Positions 38,701-51,020 are shown, counted from the stretch's first letter. The stretch: 64,000 nt of DNA from Azolla caroliniana (GCA_043228905.1 JBHGNT010000017.1:12648001-12712000); one strand, 5' to 3'. Notes: a model not told the origin generated them from the letters alone. Numbers and translations: made by a program.

Positions 38701-39876
38701 GAAGGATTCGAGAAGAAAGGGAAGGAGCACCTGGTATGCCGGTTGAAGAAGAGCCTTTACGGACTGAAGCAGGCTCCCCGGCAATGGTACCGGAAGTTCG
38801 ACTCCTTCATGACCGACGAAGGGTACCTCAAAACGCAGTCCGACCACTGCGTGTTTGTGAAGAAGTTCGAAGGAGGAGACTTTCTAATACTCCTCCTGTA
38901 CGTGGACGACATGTTGATCGTCGGACGGGACCAGGTCAAGATACGGATGCTGAAGAAGGCTCTTCACCGAACCTTCTCAATGAAGGACCTGGGTCCGGCG
39001 AGGCAAATACTAGGGATGCACATCATCCGGGACCGGAAGAAGAAGCAGTTGTGGCTGTCACAGGAGAAGTACGTGACGAAGGTGCTTCACCGGTTCAACA
39101 TGTCGGAAGCAAGACCGGTCGGATCGACCCTCCCGGCAAACTGCAAGCTGTCCAGCAAGCAATGTCCCAAGACAAAAGCTGAAAAGGAGGATATGATGAA
39201 AGTGCCGTATGCCTCAGCCGTCGGGAGCTTGATGTACGCCATGGTGTGTACGAGACCAGATATAGGATACGCAGTCGGAGTGGTGAGCCGGTACATGAGC
39301 AATCCCGGCAAAGAGCACTGGAACGCGGTCAAGTGGATACTCCGATACCTGAAGGGCACAGCGAATGTGTGCCTCCGATTCGGCTCCGGTAAGCCCGAAC
39401 TCGACGGCTTCACCGATTCGGATATGTCGGCTGATGCAGATACCAGCCGGTCCACATCAGGGTATGTGATGACGTATGCAGGGGGAGCCGTTTCGTGGCA
39501 ATCGAGGCTGCAGAAGACGGTTGCGTTGTCAACCACGGAGGCGGAGTACATGGCAGCTGTTGAAGCCGGCAAGGAAGTAATATGGATGAAGGACTTCATT
39601 AGAGAGCTCGGTATCCGGCAGGAGGAGTACCGACTCTACTGCGACAGTCAGAGTGCAATCCACCTTGCGAAGAACGCGGCCTATCACTCCCGGACGAAGC
39701 ACATCCAGCGAAGATATCACTGGATCCGGGAAAGGATAGAAGACAAGGAGTTCGTGCTGACGAAGGTCCACACGGACGAGAACGGGTCGGATATGCTGAC
39801 CAAGGTGCTCACACCCGACAAGCTGGAAGCATGCCGGAAGAGGATCGGATTGGAGAGACATCCCATGCCGAAGTGA
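35800..39876 (+). CDS. Ty1/copia gag-pol polyprotein, 1358 aa (Gag, zinc knuckle, protease, integrase, RT, RNase H)
   Basis: Uninterrupted ORF from the ATG after the PBS: CFHCGKPGHFRKNC, VVDSGAS, WHKRLCH/CTDC, HTD..RADNGGEY..NGLAERMNR, QMDVKTAFLHG, LLYVDDM, FTDSD, RTKHI. Confidence 0.98.
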   Translation: MEGGGSGQPGMMVLNAQNYADWKIKMEDLLIVRDLYEPIDRSEIPKGVLESEWKLLNRKAVATIRQYVDVSVLQHVANDTNAYEMWKKLSGLYERKNALNRTSLMRKMVNLKYRDGESMVEHVSTFMGFVNQLAAIKFPLEDAMQAIILMCTLPDSWENLVVTLSTSCTEDNLSLQTVKTSILNEEARRRDKEPASDSKALLTESERGRHWNRSPQRREKSGTRSQSRGRPICFHCGKPGHFRKNCRHYRKDNGADDTDSKKSPERNGAYRGATDRRGPDRRGQDRKGTTALAASEEEIMLITEERELNLAGVEMTWVVDSGASFHLTPEKKCFSSYTAGEHGFVRMGNEGTCRIAGIGDVWLMTSTGCKMLLKDVRHVPEVRLNLISAGRLDDEGYTGSIRNGVMKFSKGSLIVARARKVNTLYLMNAQLCPEELNVAADTAGELWHKRLCHMSEKGMKRLAEDNLIPVKHVHLEKCTDCLAGKQNRTSFHSRPPTRRSAPLELVHTDVCQVETKSHGGAQYFVTFIDDHSRKLWTAPLKTKDQVLSVFRELHARVERESGKKLKAIRADNGGEYRGQFQEYCRSKGIRLEFTVPKTPELNGLAERMNRTIMERVRSMLAHAKLPKGFWAEAMSTATYVINRSPSVPLDGDTPQKVWTGKEVSYRHLKVFGCLTYVHVAKDRRGKLDPKTRPCIFLGYGDDEFGYRVWDPVDKKIFRSRDIIFMEDKTLADWESEKKMKSSKSTGEDKLYEEQSRPARDRLTLEDPAEDGEETEPAEEDENDTGTGPDPEMDSDEEEESEEPVTEAPERRYPLRERRAPRRFPEPEHVLLTDEGEPESFEEAKHDTQSRRWLSAMQEEMDSLHENHTYELVELPKGKRALRNKWVFKLKPGDAGNPQRYKARIVVKGFQQKKGVDFDEIFAPVVKMTSIRTVLSIAASMDLEVEQMDVKTAFLHGDLEEEIYMQQPEGFEKKGKEHLVCRLKKSLYGLKQAPRQWYRKFDSFMTDEGYLKTQSDHCVFVKKFEGGDFLILLLYVDDMLIVGRDQVKIRMLKKALHRTFSMKDLGPARQILGMHIIRDRKKKQLWLSQEKYVTKVLHRFNMSEARPVGSTLPANCKLSSKQCPKTKAEKEDMMKVPYASAVGSLMYAMVCTRPDIGYAVGVVSRYMSNPGKEHWNAVKWILRYLKGTANVCLRFGSGKPELDGFTDSDMSADADTSRSTSGYVMTYAGGAVSWQSRLQKTVALSTTEAEYMAAVEAGKEVIWMKDFIRELGIRQEEYRLYCDSQSAIHLAKNAAYHSRTKHIQRRYHWIRERIEDKEFVLTKVHTDENGSDMLTKVLTPDKLEACRKRIGLERHPMPK

Positions 39877-42800
39877 AGGGGGAGTTTGTTGGGATTACGG
39901 TCCCTCCGGATGGGATGTCCGGAGATGAATGACGGCAAGCCCGGTTGCGGTTACGGAACCGGATGATGAAGACCCCGGTTACGGAGCCGGATGATGAAGA
40001 CCCCGGTTACGGAACCGGATGATGAAGACCCCGGTTACGGAGCCGGATGATGAAAACCCCGGTTACGGAACCGGATGATGAATGTACCCGGAGAGAGATC
40101 CGGATGCGGAGACATATTTGTGAATATGTTTGCCAAGAGCCCTTGAGGCTATATTTGTAAATAGCCCGAAAGTCATATGTGTATAAATATGACTTAGGGC
40201 AAACAGTTTTATGTTGTTGCTCATTGTCTGTTTTTCCACTTAGAGGGAGCGAAGTGAGAGCAGCCGAGAGAGAGAGAGAGAGAAACGAAGAGGTCGACGC
40301 CTCTGTGTAATACCGCCGCCTGTGGCGAGGACAGCGAGCTCAAGGTCGTCGCCTTGCAGCTCGCCATTGTATATTCCAGTGTATAGTGGTAGTTGGAGTC
40401 GTGCACTCCCGTGGTTTTTCCCGTTTAGGGTTTTCCACGTTATACCCTGTGTATTCATCTCTCTGTGTCTTTGTTTTATTTTTCTGCTGCATTGATCAGT
40501 GTTGTCTCGGTTGTGGCCGAGAGGCGAAAGATTTGATAGCGTCAAAGCTTTACACTACAGGAGGGCACATCTCCACCCTTTGGGCCCATCTATGGTCTCT
40601 TTGAACCAGAACTAGAGGCTCGTCACACATATCTCGATGAAAATTTGGAGAAGGGCTTCATCCAATCGTCTAAGTAATCAGCTCGAGCCCCCATCTTGTT
40701 TGTGAAGAAAAAGGTTGGATCGTTGCGTCTATGTGTGGATTATCGTGGACTCAATAAAATCATGGTACGTAATCGATACCCTTTACTTCTCATACCAAAG
40801 CTCCTCGATCACCTTCATTGTGCATAGGTCTTCTCCAAGATTGACTTGCGGGGAGCATAGAACTTGGTTCGGATTAAACCTGGTGATGAATGGAAGAAGA
40901 CATTTCGTACGCGATACAAACACTTCGAGTATAAGGTAATGCCTTTTGGACTCACGAATGCTCCAACTATTTTTCAACATATGATGAATGACATATTTCG
41001 AGAATATCTCGATCACTTTGTCGTTATCTACCTTGATGACATTCTTGTTTTCTTGTCGAGCATGAAGAGCATACTCACCACATTCGATTGATTCTCTCGA
41101 AATGAAGGGAGCATGGCCTCTATGGCAAGAGAGAAAAATGTGAGTTTGATTGCAATTCCATAGAATTTCTTGGTTATGTTATCTCCCCCCAGGGCATCAC
41201 CATGGATCCAAGGAAAATCAAGACAATGCAAGAATGGGCCACTCCAAAACGAGTAAAGGATGTCTAATCGTTCCTTGGTTTCGCAAATTTCTATCGGCGA
41301 TTTATCAAGGGGTTCTCTGTCATAGTGTAACCCTTGATTGATCTTACTCGTAATGGGATGTCGTTTCAATGGATGCCATCTACTCAACATGCCTTCGACC
41401 TACTCAAGGAAGTTTTTACCCGGGCTCCAGTCCTCCTTCACATCGACCCTACTAAGCCTTTTCAAGTAGAAACAGATGCCTCTGACTTTGCCATTGGTGC
41501 CATCTTATCCCAACCCGATGATGATGGCATCCTACATCCGGTGGCGTACTACTCCCGAAAATTCACAGCTCCAGAAATCAACTATCCCATCTACGACAAG
41601 GAGCTCGCGGCTATAGTGGCAGCTTTCACAGAGTAGAAACCTTACTTGGTTGGGGTGCAACGTCAGGTTCAGGTATTAACAGACCATAAAAATTTATTGT
41701 ATTTCTCAACAACCTGTACTTTGAAAGAGCGGCAAGCCCGTTGGTCAACTTTCTTAGCCGACTATGAATTTGAAATTATTTTTTGGCTAGAGGCACAAAA
41801 CATGAAGGCGAGTGCTCTTTCACGACGGTCAGATTTTGAGTTGAACCCAAGGGATGATTCCCATGCTCAACAATCTCAATGTTTGCTTAGTCCAGATCAA
41901 TTCCAACTCTTCGCCACATGCATGATCCATGACGACTCTTTGCTTGAGGAGATAACCAAAGCACTTGTGAAAATGAAGGTGCGGAAGCGTTAGAAAATTG
42001 GCTTAGCCGGATCCCAACAGAGACAGAGAGAGAGAGAGATTAACACACAGAAGGTATACAAGAGAGACAGAGAAAGAGTAGAACAACTCAAATCTATTAT
42101 CAACAACTCTCTAAAATTCTCTGTACATACAACGTGCTCAACAACACTATTTATACAAGTCCTAAGAGGACTAACAGAAGTACAATGTACTTCAATGCTC
42201 ACATGAGCATCTGACACTAACTACAAGACATTAACTACCTTGTAGTCTAGGCTGCTACTAGGCCTCTGGTTACTGCTTGATCCAGTTAACTGGCTCCCCA
42301 GCTCACGGACTCACTTGCTCATCGACTGACTGATCCGGCTCATCCTTCCGGACGCCAATCCGGCTTAGGCTTATTCAGCCGATCTCAACACTCCCCCTCA
42401 AGCTCAACTTGAGGTCGGATTATAGTGTCAGTCTCCATGGTAGCCGGTCCTTCCACCCGGCTCCTTCTAACGTCACTCCGCCTCACTCACGCTCCTCGTT
42501 CGGTCCGGTCCCGTTTGCCGCGACCCTTCTGATTTTGGGCACTTCGACCTCCTCGGTCGGCTTGTCTGCTCAATAGGCCCAATTTAGCTCCCTCGCTGTT
42601 GTGACTTTGGCGCTTGCCAATTCGCCGATTCCTTCGTGTTGGCGTCGACTTTCGTTGCCTTCTCATCCTCTTGGCCATGAATTGATCCGGTTCTTCCGAA
42701 TCCGTCTGTTGAACTGAATCGGCTGTCTCCGATTTGTTCTAGCTCTTGTCCGAATCGGTTGCTCCCGATTCATCTTCCAGTTCCAGGCCCTTTACCACAT

Positions 42801-42900
42801 CGAACCATGTCCAGGTCTTGGCCTTCTTCTTCCGGTTGGCTGTGTCCTTCTTGACTCTACCGTCGCTGCCGCGTGTTCCAACTTGTTCAGATGTGTCAAC

Positions 42901-43719
42901 CAAGGTTGTTAGGTACGTTAGGTACAGTATGGATACCATATGTATTACCTCCCAATTTGAAAATACGTTAAATACGTTTTCTTAATATGTTAAATACTTA
43001 TAAAATACGTAAAGTACGTAAAATACGTATTTTACGTATAGTACGTTAAATACTTCTAGAATTTGAAAATTATTTACTTTTCTAAAAAATATCTATAATA
43101 TTGTAAAAAACATCTATGTTTACATAATTTTGTGATGTACAATATAGTTCTACATCGTAAAATGCATATAAGACATTTGAACATTTCACATCCTAAAATA
43201 CTTGTAGTAATATGGATGTCGACATTCCCTTATTCTATAAATCAGTGTAAGTGTGTATCATGATGTTCTACATCAAATTGTAATTATTTTCAATTGTGCC
43301 TTCATAGATTGAGGAATCGTCTACGATTATAACACTCATGATAGGTTTCTCTTTTCTTCGTTTTCTTCTTCTTCTTCTTCTATCTTCTACAATTATCACA
43401 CTCGAGACAGGTTTATGTCTTCTTTTCTGTCTTCTTCTTCTTCATCTTCTTCATCGTTGTCTCTTCTATTCTTCTTTCTTCCTCCCTTTGGCTTCTTTTT
43501 CACTAAAATCGTTTTTTTCTTTTGCTTTTTGTTAGGGTTTTACTTACACTTTCTTTATAAATACATATTATACTTGTTTTTTTATAAATACGTTAAATAC
43601 CGTATTGGACAAATGTACATGATATTTGACTAAACAACATTGAGGTATCATATGTACTATACAAATGATGAGGTACTATACGTATTTAAATGTTAAATGC
43701 GGGTACGTAAACAACCATG
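42901..43719. mobile_element. Non-autonomous hAT-like DNA transposon (MITE-like, 819 bp, AT-rich)
   Basis: 8-bp TSD GTGTCAAC at 42893-42900 and 43720-43727. Imperfect TIRs CAAGGTTGTTAGGTAC / CATGGTTGTTTACGTAC. Subterminal AAATACGT repeats. Excision restores the copia B reading ..KEVDTSEQV.. Confidence 0.85.
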
Positions 43720-43823
43720 GTGTCAACTTCCTTTGTCGACTCGGCTCCTTTCTTCTTCTTGTCTCATCCTTTGTCAGTTCTTCCCTCACCGGCACAATCG
43801 GCAGTTTCTTTGCCTTTGCCCGT

Positions 43824-44481
43824 TGTCGTAGTCTGAATCACACACTACGTGAAATATGTAAAATACTATATCCGATTTAAAGTACGTATAATAAATAAAA
43901 TAAAATATTTAAAATATTTATTACGTGCATAGGGCAAGATTCGAACCTTCTACCTCCACGTAGACAAACCCCAATCTTACCACTATACTAGCATGTTATG
44001 AATTTTAAAGTTATACTAAACTTTATTCCATGTAAATATTCTAGATATGCATGGTACAAAAAGTTATTCATGCATACACACTCGAGTTAAATGAAAAGAT
44101 GGGATAGAAAGCTAATCATGCACATACAGAGTGCATGAAAACTAAAGTTAGGAAAAGCATGATGCTTGCATACGATAAACTTAGACTCTTCCAGCACTAT
44201 ATAAGGAAGAGAGAAAGATGTATAGGGGTTGTTGATTATTTTACAAGGGTTGATTAATATAATATATTCGTGGGATTCACGAATTTGCTAACTATTTTTC
44301 TCTCTTAATCTGAGTACTCACTAATACACTATACTCGTGGGATTCACGAGTTTTTCATATCTTTCTTTCTTACAATATATTTCATATTCTTAATTGCCTT
44401 AGAATTTTCTTTTCTCCTAGTCCAAAACCTCAATGCTTCCCGCCCGACTCATGCAACGATCCGGAGCCGAAAGGCACGACA
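43824..44481 (+). mobile_element. Solo LTR of clade D (658 bp)
   Basis: TGTCGTAG...GGAGCCGAAAGGCACGACA as in 53830-54532. Apparent 4-bp TSD CCGT/TCGT. Confidence 0.9.
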
Positions 44482-46898
44482 TCGTTCTCCCCCTCAAGTG
44501 TGGCACGTCGAGATGCTGAACACCAAGCATTTTGGTGAAGTGCTGCAACATGTCCGACCCAAGCGGTTTGGTGAAGATGTCGGGAACTTCCCGATCCGTA
44601 TGAACATACCGAAGTTCGACTTCACCGTTGAGGACACACTCACGCACGAAGTGGTAGTGCACTTCTAGATGGTTTGTGCGAGCATGGAATACGGGCTTCT
44701 TGGTGAGTTGCATGCTGCTTATGTTGTCGCAGTAGATCAAGATTGGGGTCGGCACCTCGATCCGTAGGTCTTGCAGCAGTCGCCGAAGCCAAATGGCTTC
44801 ACAAGTTGCAACGGTAGCGCCCCGGTATTCAGCCTTAGTGCTCGAAAGGGCCACTGTTGGTTGCTTTTTGTTGCTCCATGCAACAACCGCGCTACCAAGG
44901 GAAAACATATAGCTAGAGGTGGATTGGTGATTCGATGCATGGCCGGCCCAGTCGGCATCGGTGTAGCCGACTAGCTCTTCGGTTATACCATGCCAGTATA
45001 ACAGTCCCCGGTCCTTCGTGCCGCTCACATATCGCAAAATTCGATGCGCGCACAGAAGGTGCTCCATGGTCGGCCTCTGCATATATTGGCTGATCATGCT
45101 GACCGGATAACAGATGTCGGCTCAAGTGATTGTCAAATATATAAGGCTTCCGACGATTTGTCGGAACCTCTTCTCATCGTAGGCTGGTCCGGAGTCGGGA
45201 CGAAGCTTCTGGTTCCGGTCCAAGGGTGTGGAGATCGATCAGCATTCCGTCATGCCGAACTTGTATAATATATTCAACACATAGTGTCTTTGTGAGAGCA
45301 ATATACCATCGGGGGTTCGGATCACCTCGATCCCAAGGAAATAGTGAAGGTCCCCCATGTCCTTCATCTCAAATCCGTCTGACAGTTGGGACTTGACTCA
45401 GCTGATTTCATCAAGTTCGGGTCCGGTGATGACTAGATCATCAACATACAACAAGATGCAAACCAGACCGTCTGGACTTTGCTAGATGAACAACGAAGAG
45501 TCGGACTTGGAGGCCGCAAACCCCATCTTACACAACTGGTGTGTGATCTCCACATTCCAAGCTCGAGGGGCTTGCTTCAGGCCATAAAGTGACTTCTTCA
45601 TGCGGCATACCGCCGACTTGTTCATCTCCGACTGGAAACCGGGGGGTTGGGTCATAAAGACCTCTTCTTCAAGATCGCCTTGAAGAAATGCCTTATTCAC
45701 GTCCATCTAGTGAAGATGCCACCCCCTTGCCACAACAACCACCAGCACCACACGAACCGTCGTCATCTTCGCTACCGGAGCGAAGGTCTCATCATAGTCG
45801 ATTCCGTGGGTCTGCGCGTATCCCTTCGCCAGTAACCGAACCGTCGGCATTGTACTTTACCTTGTACACCCACTTACATCCGATCATTTTACAGTGTCGG
45901 GGAAGGTCAACTAGGTCCCATCTGTCGTTGGCATCAAGTGCCTGCATTTCTTCCTCCATAGCGGCACGCCAATTTGCGTCCTTTGCCGCTTCTATGTAGC
46001 TCTCCGATTCACGCACTTCCGCCACCTTGGTCATGTATGCATAGTGATGCGCCATGTACTCATTGTACCCATACCGCTTCACGGGGTTCTTCTGGCGAGA
46101 AGACCTGCATAACTTATCGTTACCCGGTTTGAGGCCCTTCTTGGTCAGGTCAGACTTCATTCCCGAAGATCCGCCTTCATCCTTTCCGGAGTCAAATTCA
46201 CTCCAATCCGACTCAACGTTGTCGGTTTCATATTCCGGCATCTTCTTCTTCCCCTTCTCTTTGCGCGTGAACCATCTCCCCGTTTCCTTGCGTGGGGAGA
46301 GCACGACAGAGTCTCCACTTCTCGTTGGTTCCTCATCCGACTGGTCATCCCGACTCAGCCACTCATTCGTTCCACTTAGCCGGAATGAGATCGGACTCTC
46401 TTCTAGAGTGCCAAAGTCTTCGTCTTCTACCTGGACCTCCTCGGGCTCACTAGCCTCATCTTCCGGAATCGGGTCTTTGTCAGGAGTTGGAGTCGGTAAG
46501 GAGTACCATGATATCGTCTCATCAAACTCGACATCTCGGCTTACTCGGACCTGCATAGTCCAAGGGTTATACCACTTATATCCCTTTTGCTCATGCGAGT
46601 AACCGACTAGAATGCACTTCTCCGACTTTGCATCCAACTTCCTCCACTTCTCATCCGGCACATGCACATATGCAATGCTACCAAATATCCGAAGGTGTCT
46701 CAAATTCGTCTTGCCATTCCTCTGTCCATCAGTTCTCTTTTTGTTCTTATTGGGTCTTAGGGTTTGCCTCGAGATTCTGATGTCGGCTAAAGAGGTTCTC
46801 AACCCTTGTGCTTTGATACCATGTGAAAACGAAGGTGCAGAAGCGTTAGACAACTGGCTTAGCCGGATAGCAACAGAGAGAGAGGGAGAGAGAGAGGG

Positions 46899-46929
<31 letters not shown>

Positions 46930-49133
46930 GAGAGAGAGATAGAGATTAACACATAGAAGGTACGCAGGAGAGACAAAGAAAGAGCAAAACAACTCAAATC
47001 TATTATCAACAACTCTCTAAAATTCTTTGTACATACAACGTGCTCAACAACACTATTTATACAAGTCCTAAGAGGACTGACAGAAGTACGGTGTACTTCA
47101 ATGCTCACACGAGTGTCTGACACTAACTACGAGACATTAACTACCTAGTAGTCTAGGCTACTACTAGGCTTCCGGTTACTGCTTGATCCGGCTAACCGGC
47201 TCCCCAGTTCACCGGCTCACCAATCTGGCTCATCCTTCCGGATGCCAATCCGGCTTAGGCTTATTCAGCCAATTTGGATCCGGTTGAGCTTGCCGCTCAA
47301 CAACACTTCCCACCAATAAATTCGCCAACGCAATTCAGGAAGGTCTTATTGATCCGTCTAAATCCAAGACCAAGGAAGCCCTTGACCACTTCAGATTTGA
47401 GGGGGGATTGCTTTACTGAGACCAACTCTTATATGTTCCAGAGGGCTGATGTTGAACTCAAGTTCTCGTAAAGTGTCATGATGACCCCTTGGCTAGTCAT
47501 TTTGGCGTTACAAAGACAGTCGAATTAATCTCACGAGGATATTGGTGGCCTCAACCATGAAAGTTCATCAAGGAATTCATCAAGACATGTAATACTTGTG
47601 CTAGATCCAAAGTCATCCACCATAGGCCATATGGGTTGCTCCAACCACTTCCCATTCCCAACCGGCCTTGGGCATCAATTTCCATGGATTTCATCACCGA
47701 CTTGACTCTTGTCCATGGATATGAGACAGTGCTTTTCATGGTAGATCGGTTTACAAAGATGGCTCATTGTGTCCTTTGTGCAAAGACTATTTCAATAGAA
47801 GCAACAACCAATCTATTTTTAAAGAATGTGGTGAGGCTTCATGGGGTCCCATATGATGTCACCTCAGATCGCGGACCCCAATTTGTCTCTCTTTTTTGGC
47901 GGCGGCTCCTTCAAACATTGGGCACAACAGTGAATTTCTCTTTGTCCTATCATCCTCAAATAGATGGTCAAACGGAGCAGGTGAACCCAATTATTGAGCA
48001 ATACCTTCGATTCTCGCTTAGCTACCAGCAAGATGATTGGGTTGATCTCCTACCCTTGGCAGAGTTCACATATATTAATACGCTACATGGTTCAACTGGC
48101 GTCACCCCATTTTTCGCCAACTATGGTTTCCATCCTCGGTTCAATATTTCCATCCTTGGCAAATCTGTCAACTTGTCAACGGAAGGACGTGCTCTTATTT
48201 TAGCCGACATTCATCAAGTCCTCTCCCTCGAACTCATCCTTGCAAGGGACCGGTATAAAGCACAAGTTGATCGACATCATTCCGCTACACCCACCTTTGC
48301 AGTTTGTGATCAGGTTTGGCTCTTATGTCACCATGTCGATACTACTTGACCTTGCGGAAAGTTGGATTACAAGAAGTTGGGGTCTTTCTGTATCCTTGAG
48401 TGTGTCAATCCCATCACTTTCCGGTTGAAACTTCCTTCACATTTCCGGATTCATAATGTCTTCCATACCTTTCTTCTCGAATCTTATCATCCATCCACTA
48501 TTCTAGGAAGACACTCTCCACCTCCACCTCCAATTGAGCTTTCCACAGGTGAGGAGTATGTGGTGGACCAGATTCTAGACTCTCGTTGGCAATGATGACA
48601 TCTTCAATACTTAGTCCTATGGAAAGGGTATCCCATTTCAGAGGCAACTTGGGAACCATCCCAACACTTGGAGAATGCACCGAATGTTGTTCATGCATTT
48701 CATCACCAATATCCACAAAAAATGGAGGGGCATCTTTAGAGGCGGCCTTAGCAGGGGGATAATGTCATGTACGTGACAACAGTCATGTCATGATTCAAAC
48801 TCTTGACCTACTGTATTTAATCAACATGTTTTAACGAATACATCCAATACATAATCATGTTACCTTACTAGATTATTGTAGATTATCTATTCTACATGTA
48901 GGATTTTAGAAGCTTGTGCATGAAAATGAGTCTTTGCATGAAGCTACATTTAGAACAAACAAACATATATAAATACAGGGGTTCACCTTGGCCTTAGTCA
49001 AGGTGAACAACACCAATTATAGAATCATAATTCCGTTCTTGTTCTCTTCACTACTTTCTCTCTCTCTCTTTCTTATTATCTTGTCTATGATCTCTCTCTC
49101 ACTCTCTTAGTATTGAGCCTCATCTACTTGTCC

Positions 49134-50014
49134 TGTGGTGAGAATTTCCCATAGTATTCTATACGCGTTGTCGTGTGGTGTGTGACACACGTGCCAAACG
49201 TCGGAATGTGCGCGTCACAAGCGCAGACAAGCACCAGGCCTCTATCCACTAGTGGTTATGGATGATGGGCGGCTGAAGTGACGCACTAATGTGGTTAGAG
49301 TGAGAGAGAGAGAGAGAGAAACAAAATTTGAGGAAGTTTTTAAGATAGATAGGTAGATAGATACACATCACCAATAAGATAACTAAGTATTCTTATTATT
49401 AATTTTCGATTTGATACATAGATTGTTTGATTCATCCATTGATTGATCCCCCCCCATTACACAAACCTTTCGAGGGTTTTTATAGGTTTATCTATCCTTC
49501 TAACATGCACAAAACCATGGGCTTGAACCCATGGTTTTCGGGCACACGGTTTTCCTTGTGGCATGCACAAAACCATAGGCTAAAACCATGGTTTTGTATG
49601 TTTGTTTCCTATGGAATACTAAATCTGAGAAGGAAATATACAAAATCTAAAGCACTTAGTAGTACCTTTAGTGGTAAGATAATTGCTTCCTATCTTAGAA
49701 GTGCAAGGTTCAAATCTTGCTTGCACCATTCTATATGCACTTGAATGCATCAGACCCTAGGCTAATTTTCATATTTATAATCATGTGTATAATGTGTGTG
49801 GAGCCACACTATTTCACAATTTCTCACATTGGACACAGAACATCACGACAACGTGGATAAAGTATAAGTGTTAAACAAGAGTGTAAAGAAGGGGGGGATT
49901 ACTTTTAATGCTCGGGATTGAGACAACCCATTAGGCCAAGTGTGAACTTGCCTGAGGGCCTTAGGTCTGACTATAAATATGAGGCCTAGCTACCCTCATT
50001 TCACACATGATCAA
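49134..50014 (+). repeat. Continuation of the family C LTR, split by a solo LTR and cut by a copia LTR
   Basis: 49134-49168 and 49851-50014 are colinear with 9923-10095. Confidence 0.75.
49169..49850 (-). mobile_element. Solo LTR of a diverged clade D relative (682 bp)
   Basis: TGTCGT...ACGACA termini; apparent 4-bp TSD GCGT/ACGT; absent from the empty-site copy near 9950. Shares GCAAGATTYGAACCTTGCAC..TCTTACCA with D LTRs on the minus strand. Confidence 0.78.
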
Positions 50015-51020
50015 TGTGTGGAAATAACACTCGGCCACAACCGAGTCTTCAACAAGGAATAGAGGAGAACAAACTCAAATCAAGCTGACACAGGATGTCA
50101 ACGTGGAAAACCCTAAATAGGGAAAAACCACGGGAGCCCACAGTCTCCAAACTATCACTATATGAGAGAGGTACAATCAGAGACTCGAAGGCAATGACCT
50201 TGAGCTCTGTATCTTCCCCAGCCGGTGGTTACAACATAAACTAGTTCTGTATCTCTCTCTCTAACTCACTCTCTATATATAACGATATACAACAACTCTG
50301 ATTACTACACTAAAGTGATTGCCCTAAGTCATATTTATACTTATATGACTTTAGGTCTATTTACAAATATAGCCTCGATGGGCTCACCATGAAACATATT
50401 TACACATATGTTCTTCTATCCGGTTTGCACTGAATCCATCCGGATTCACTCGATCCAGTTTTCGGGTCTCATCCAGAACCCTTCCGGATCCGGTTCCTTC
50501 ATCCAACTCGTTTGATTCAACTCCTCCGGTTCTCATCCGGATCCCATCCAGAGGGACCAAATTCCCAACAAACTCCCCCTTCACTCCGTCATGGGATATC
50601 TCGTTAATCTGATCCGTCTTCGGCACACGTCCAACTTGTCGGTTGAAAGCACCTTGGTCAGCATATCCGATCCATTCTCCTTTGTGTGGATCTTTGTCAG
50701 CACGAAGTCTTGATCTTTTACCCTCTCCCGGATCTAGTGATACCTCTGCCGGATGTGCTTCATCCGAGAATGGTAGGCCGCATTCTTCGCAAGATGGATG
50801 GCACTTTGACTGTCGCAGTAGACCCGGAATTCCTCCTACCGAATCACTAGCTCTCTAATGAAGTCCGTCATCTAGATTATCTCCTTGTCGGCTTCCATAG
50901 TTGCCATGTACTCCACTTCTATTGTCGATAGTGCAACGGACTTCTACAACCTTGATTGCCATTCTACAGCTCCCCTTGCATAAGTCATGACATATCCGGA
51001 TGTAGACCGGTTATTATCCT
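50015..51020 (-). mobile_element. 3' LTR (about 50015-50570) and RNase H fragment of an old family A copia
   Basis: CTCGGCCACAACCGAG at 50030-50045, ...TTCCCAACA followed by AACTCCCCCT, then sequence colinear with 23073-23510. Confidence 0.88.

Larger units (their letters stand above)
35101..40554 (+). mobile_element. Young intact Tnt1-like Ty1/copia element A2
   Basis: 668-bp LTRs at 35101-35768 and 39887-40554 (I see one substitution). TSD CTACA at 35096-35100 and 40555-40559. PBS TGGTATCAGAGC at 35772-35783. PPT GAAGGGGGAG at 39875-39884. Confidence 0.99.
41966..47302 (-). mobile_element. Internally deleted copia family B element (gag, protease and most of INT lost); LTRs 41966-42390 and 46822-47302
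   Basis: Both LTRs start TGTGAAAA on plus and end CTCAACA. TSD GCACT/ACACT (1 mismatch). PBS TGGTATCAAAGC at 46810-46821 abuts the LTR. RT and RNase H ORFs at 45482..45706 and 44417..45097. Confidence 0.92.
32918..49133 (+). mobile_element. Chromovirus-type Ty3/gypsy element G2 (decayed); 5' LTR 32918-33320, 3' LTR 48763-49133; hosts two copia insertions
   Basis: Matching LTRs start TGTCAT; PPT AGGGGGATAA at 48753-48762. gag 33353-34390; protease LLDSGA at about 34500; RT split at 35100/40560 (YLDD in 40864..41091); RNase H VETDASD (41334..41636); INT SISMDF/SDRGPQF (47636..48349); chromodomain EYVVDQILDSR. Confidence 0.94.

Noticed and set aside
35764-39938. Numerous antisense and alternate-frame ORFs shared by A1 and A2
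   Set aside because: Expected shadow ORFs of GC-rich coding sequence; shared only because the two elements are nearly identical.
43930-44000. Possible tRNA gene or SINE (TAGTATAGTGGTAAG...GGTTCGAATC)
   Set aside because: No acceptor or anticodon stem, poly(A/T) tail or own TSD; it is an integral LTR part, so it is reported as a promoter-like module instead.
45792-47123. 443-aa ORF
   Set aside because: Runs from LTR microsatellite through the PBS into a deletion junction and an INT-RT linker remnant; an artefactual chimera.
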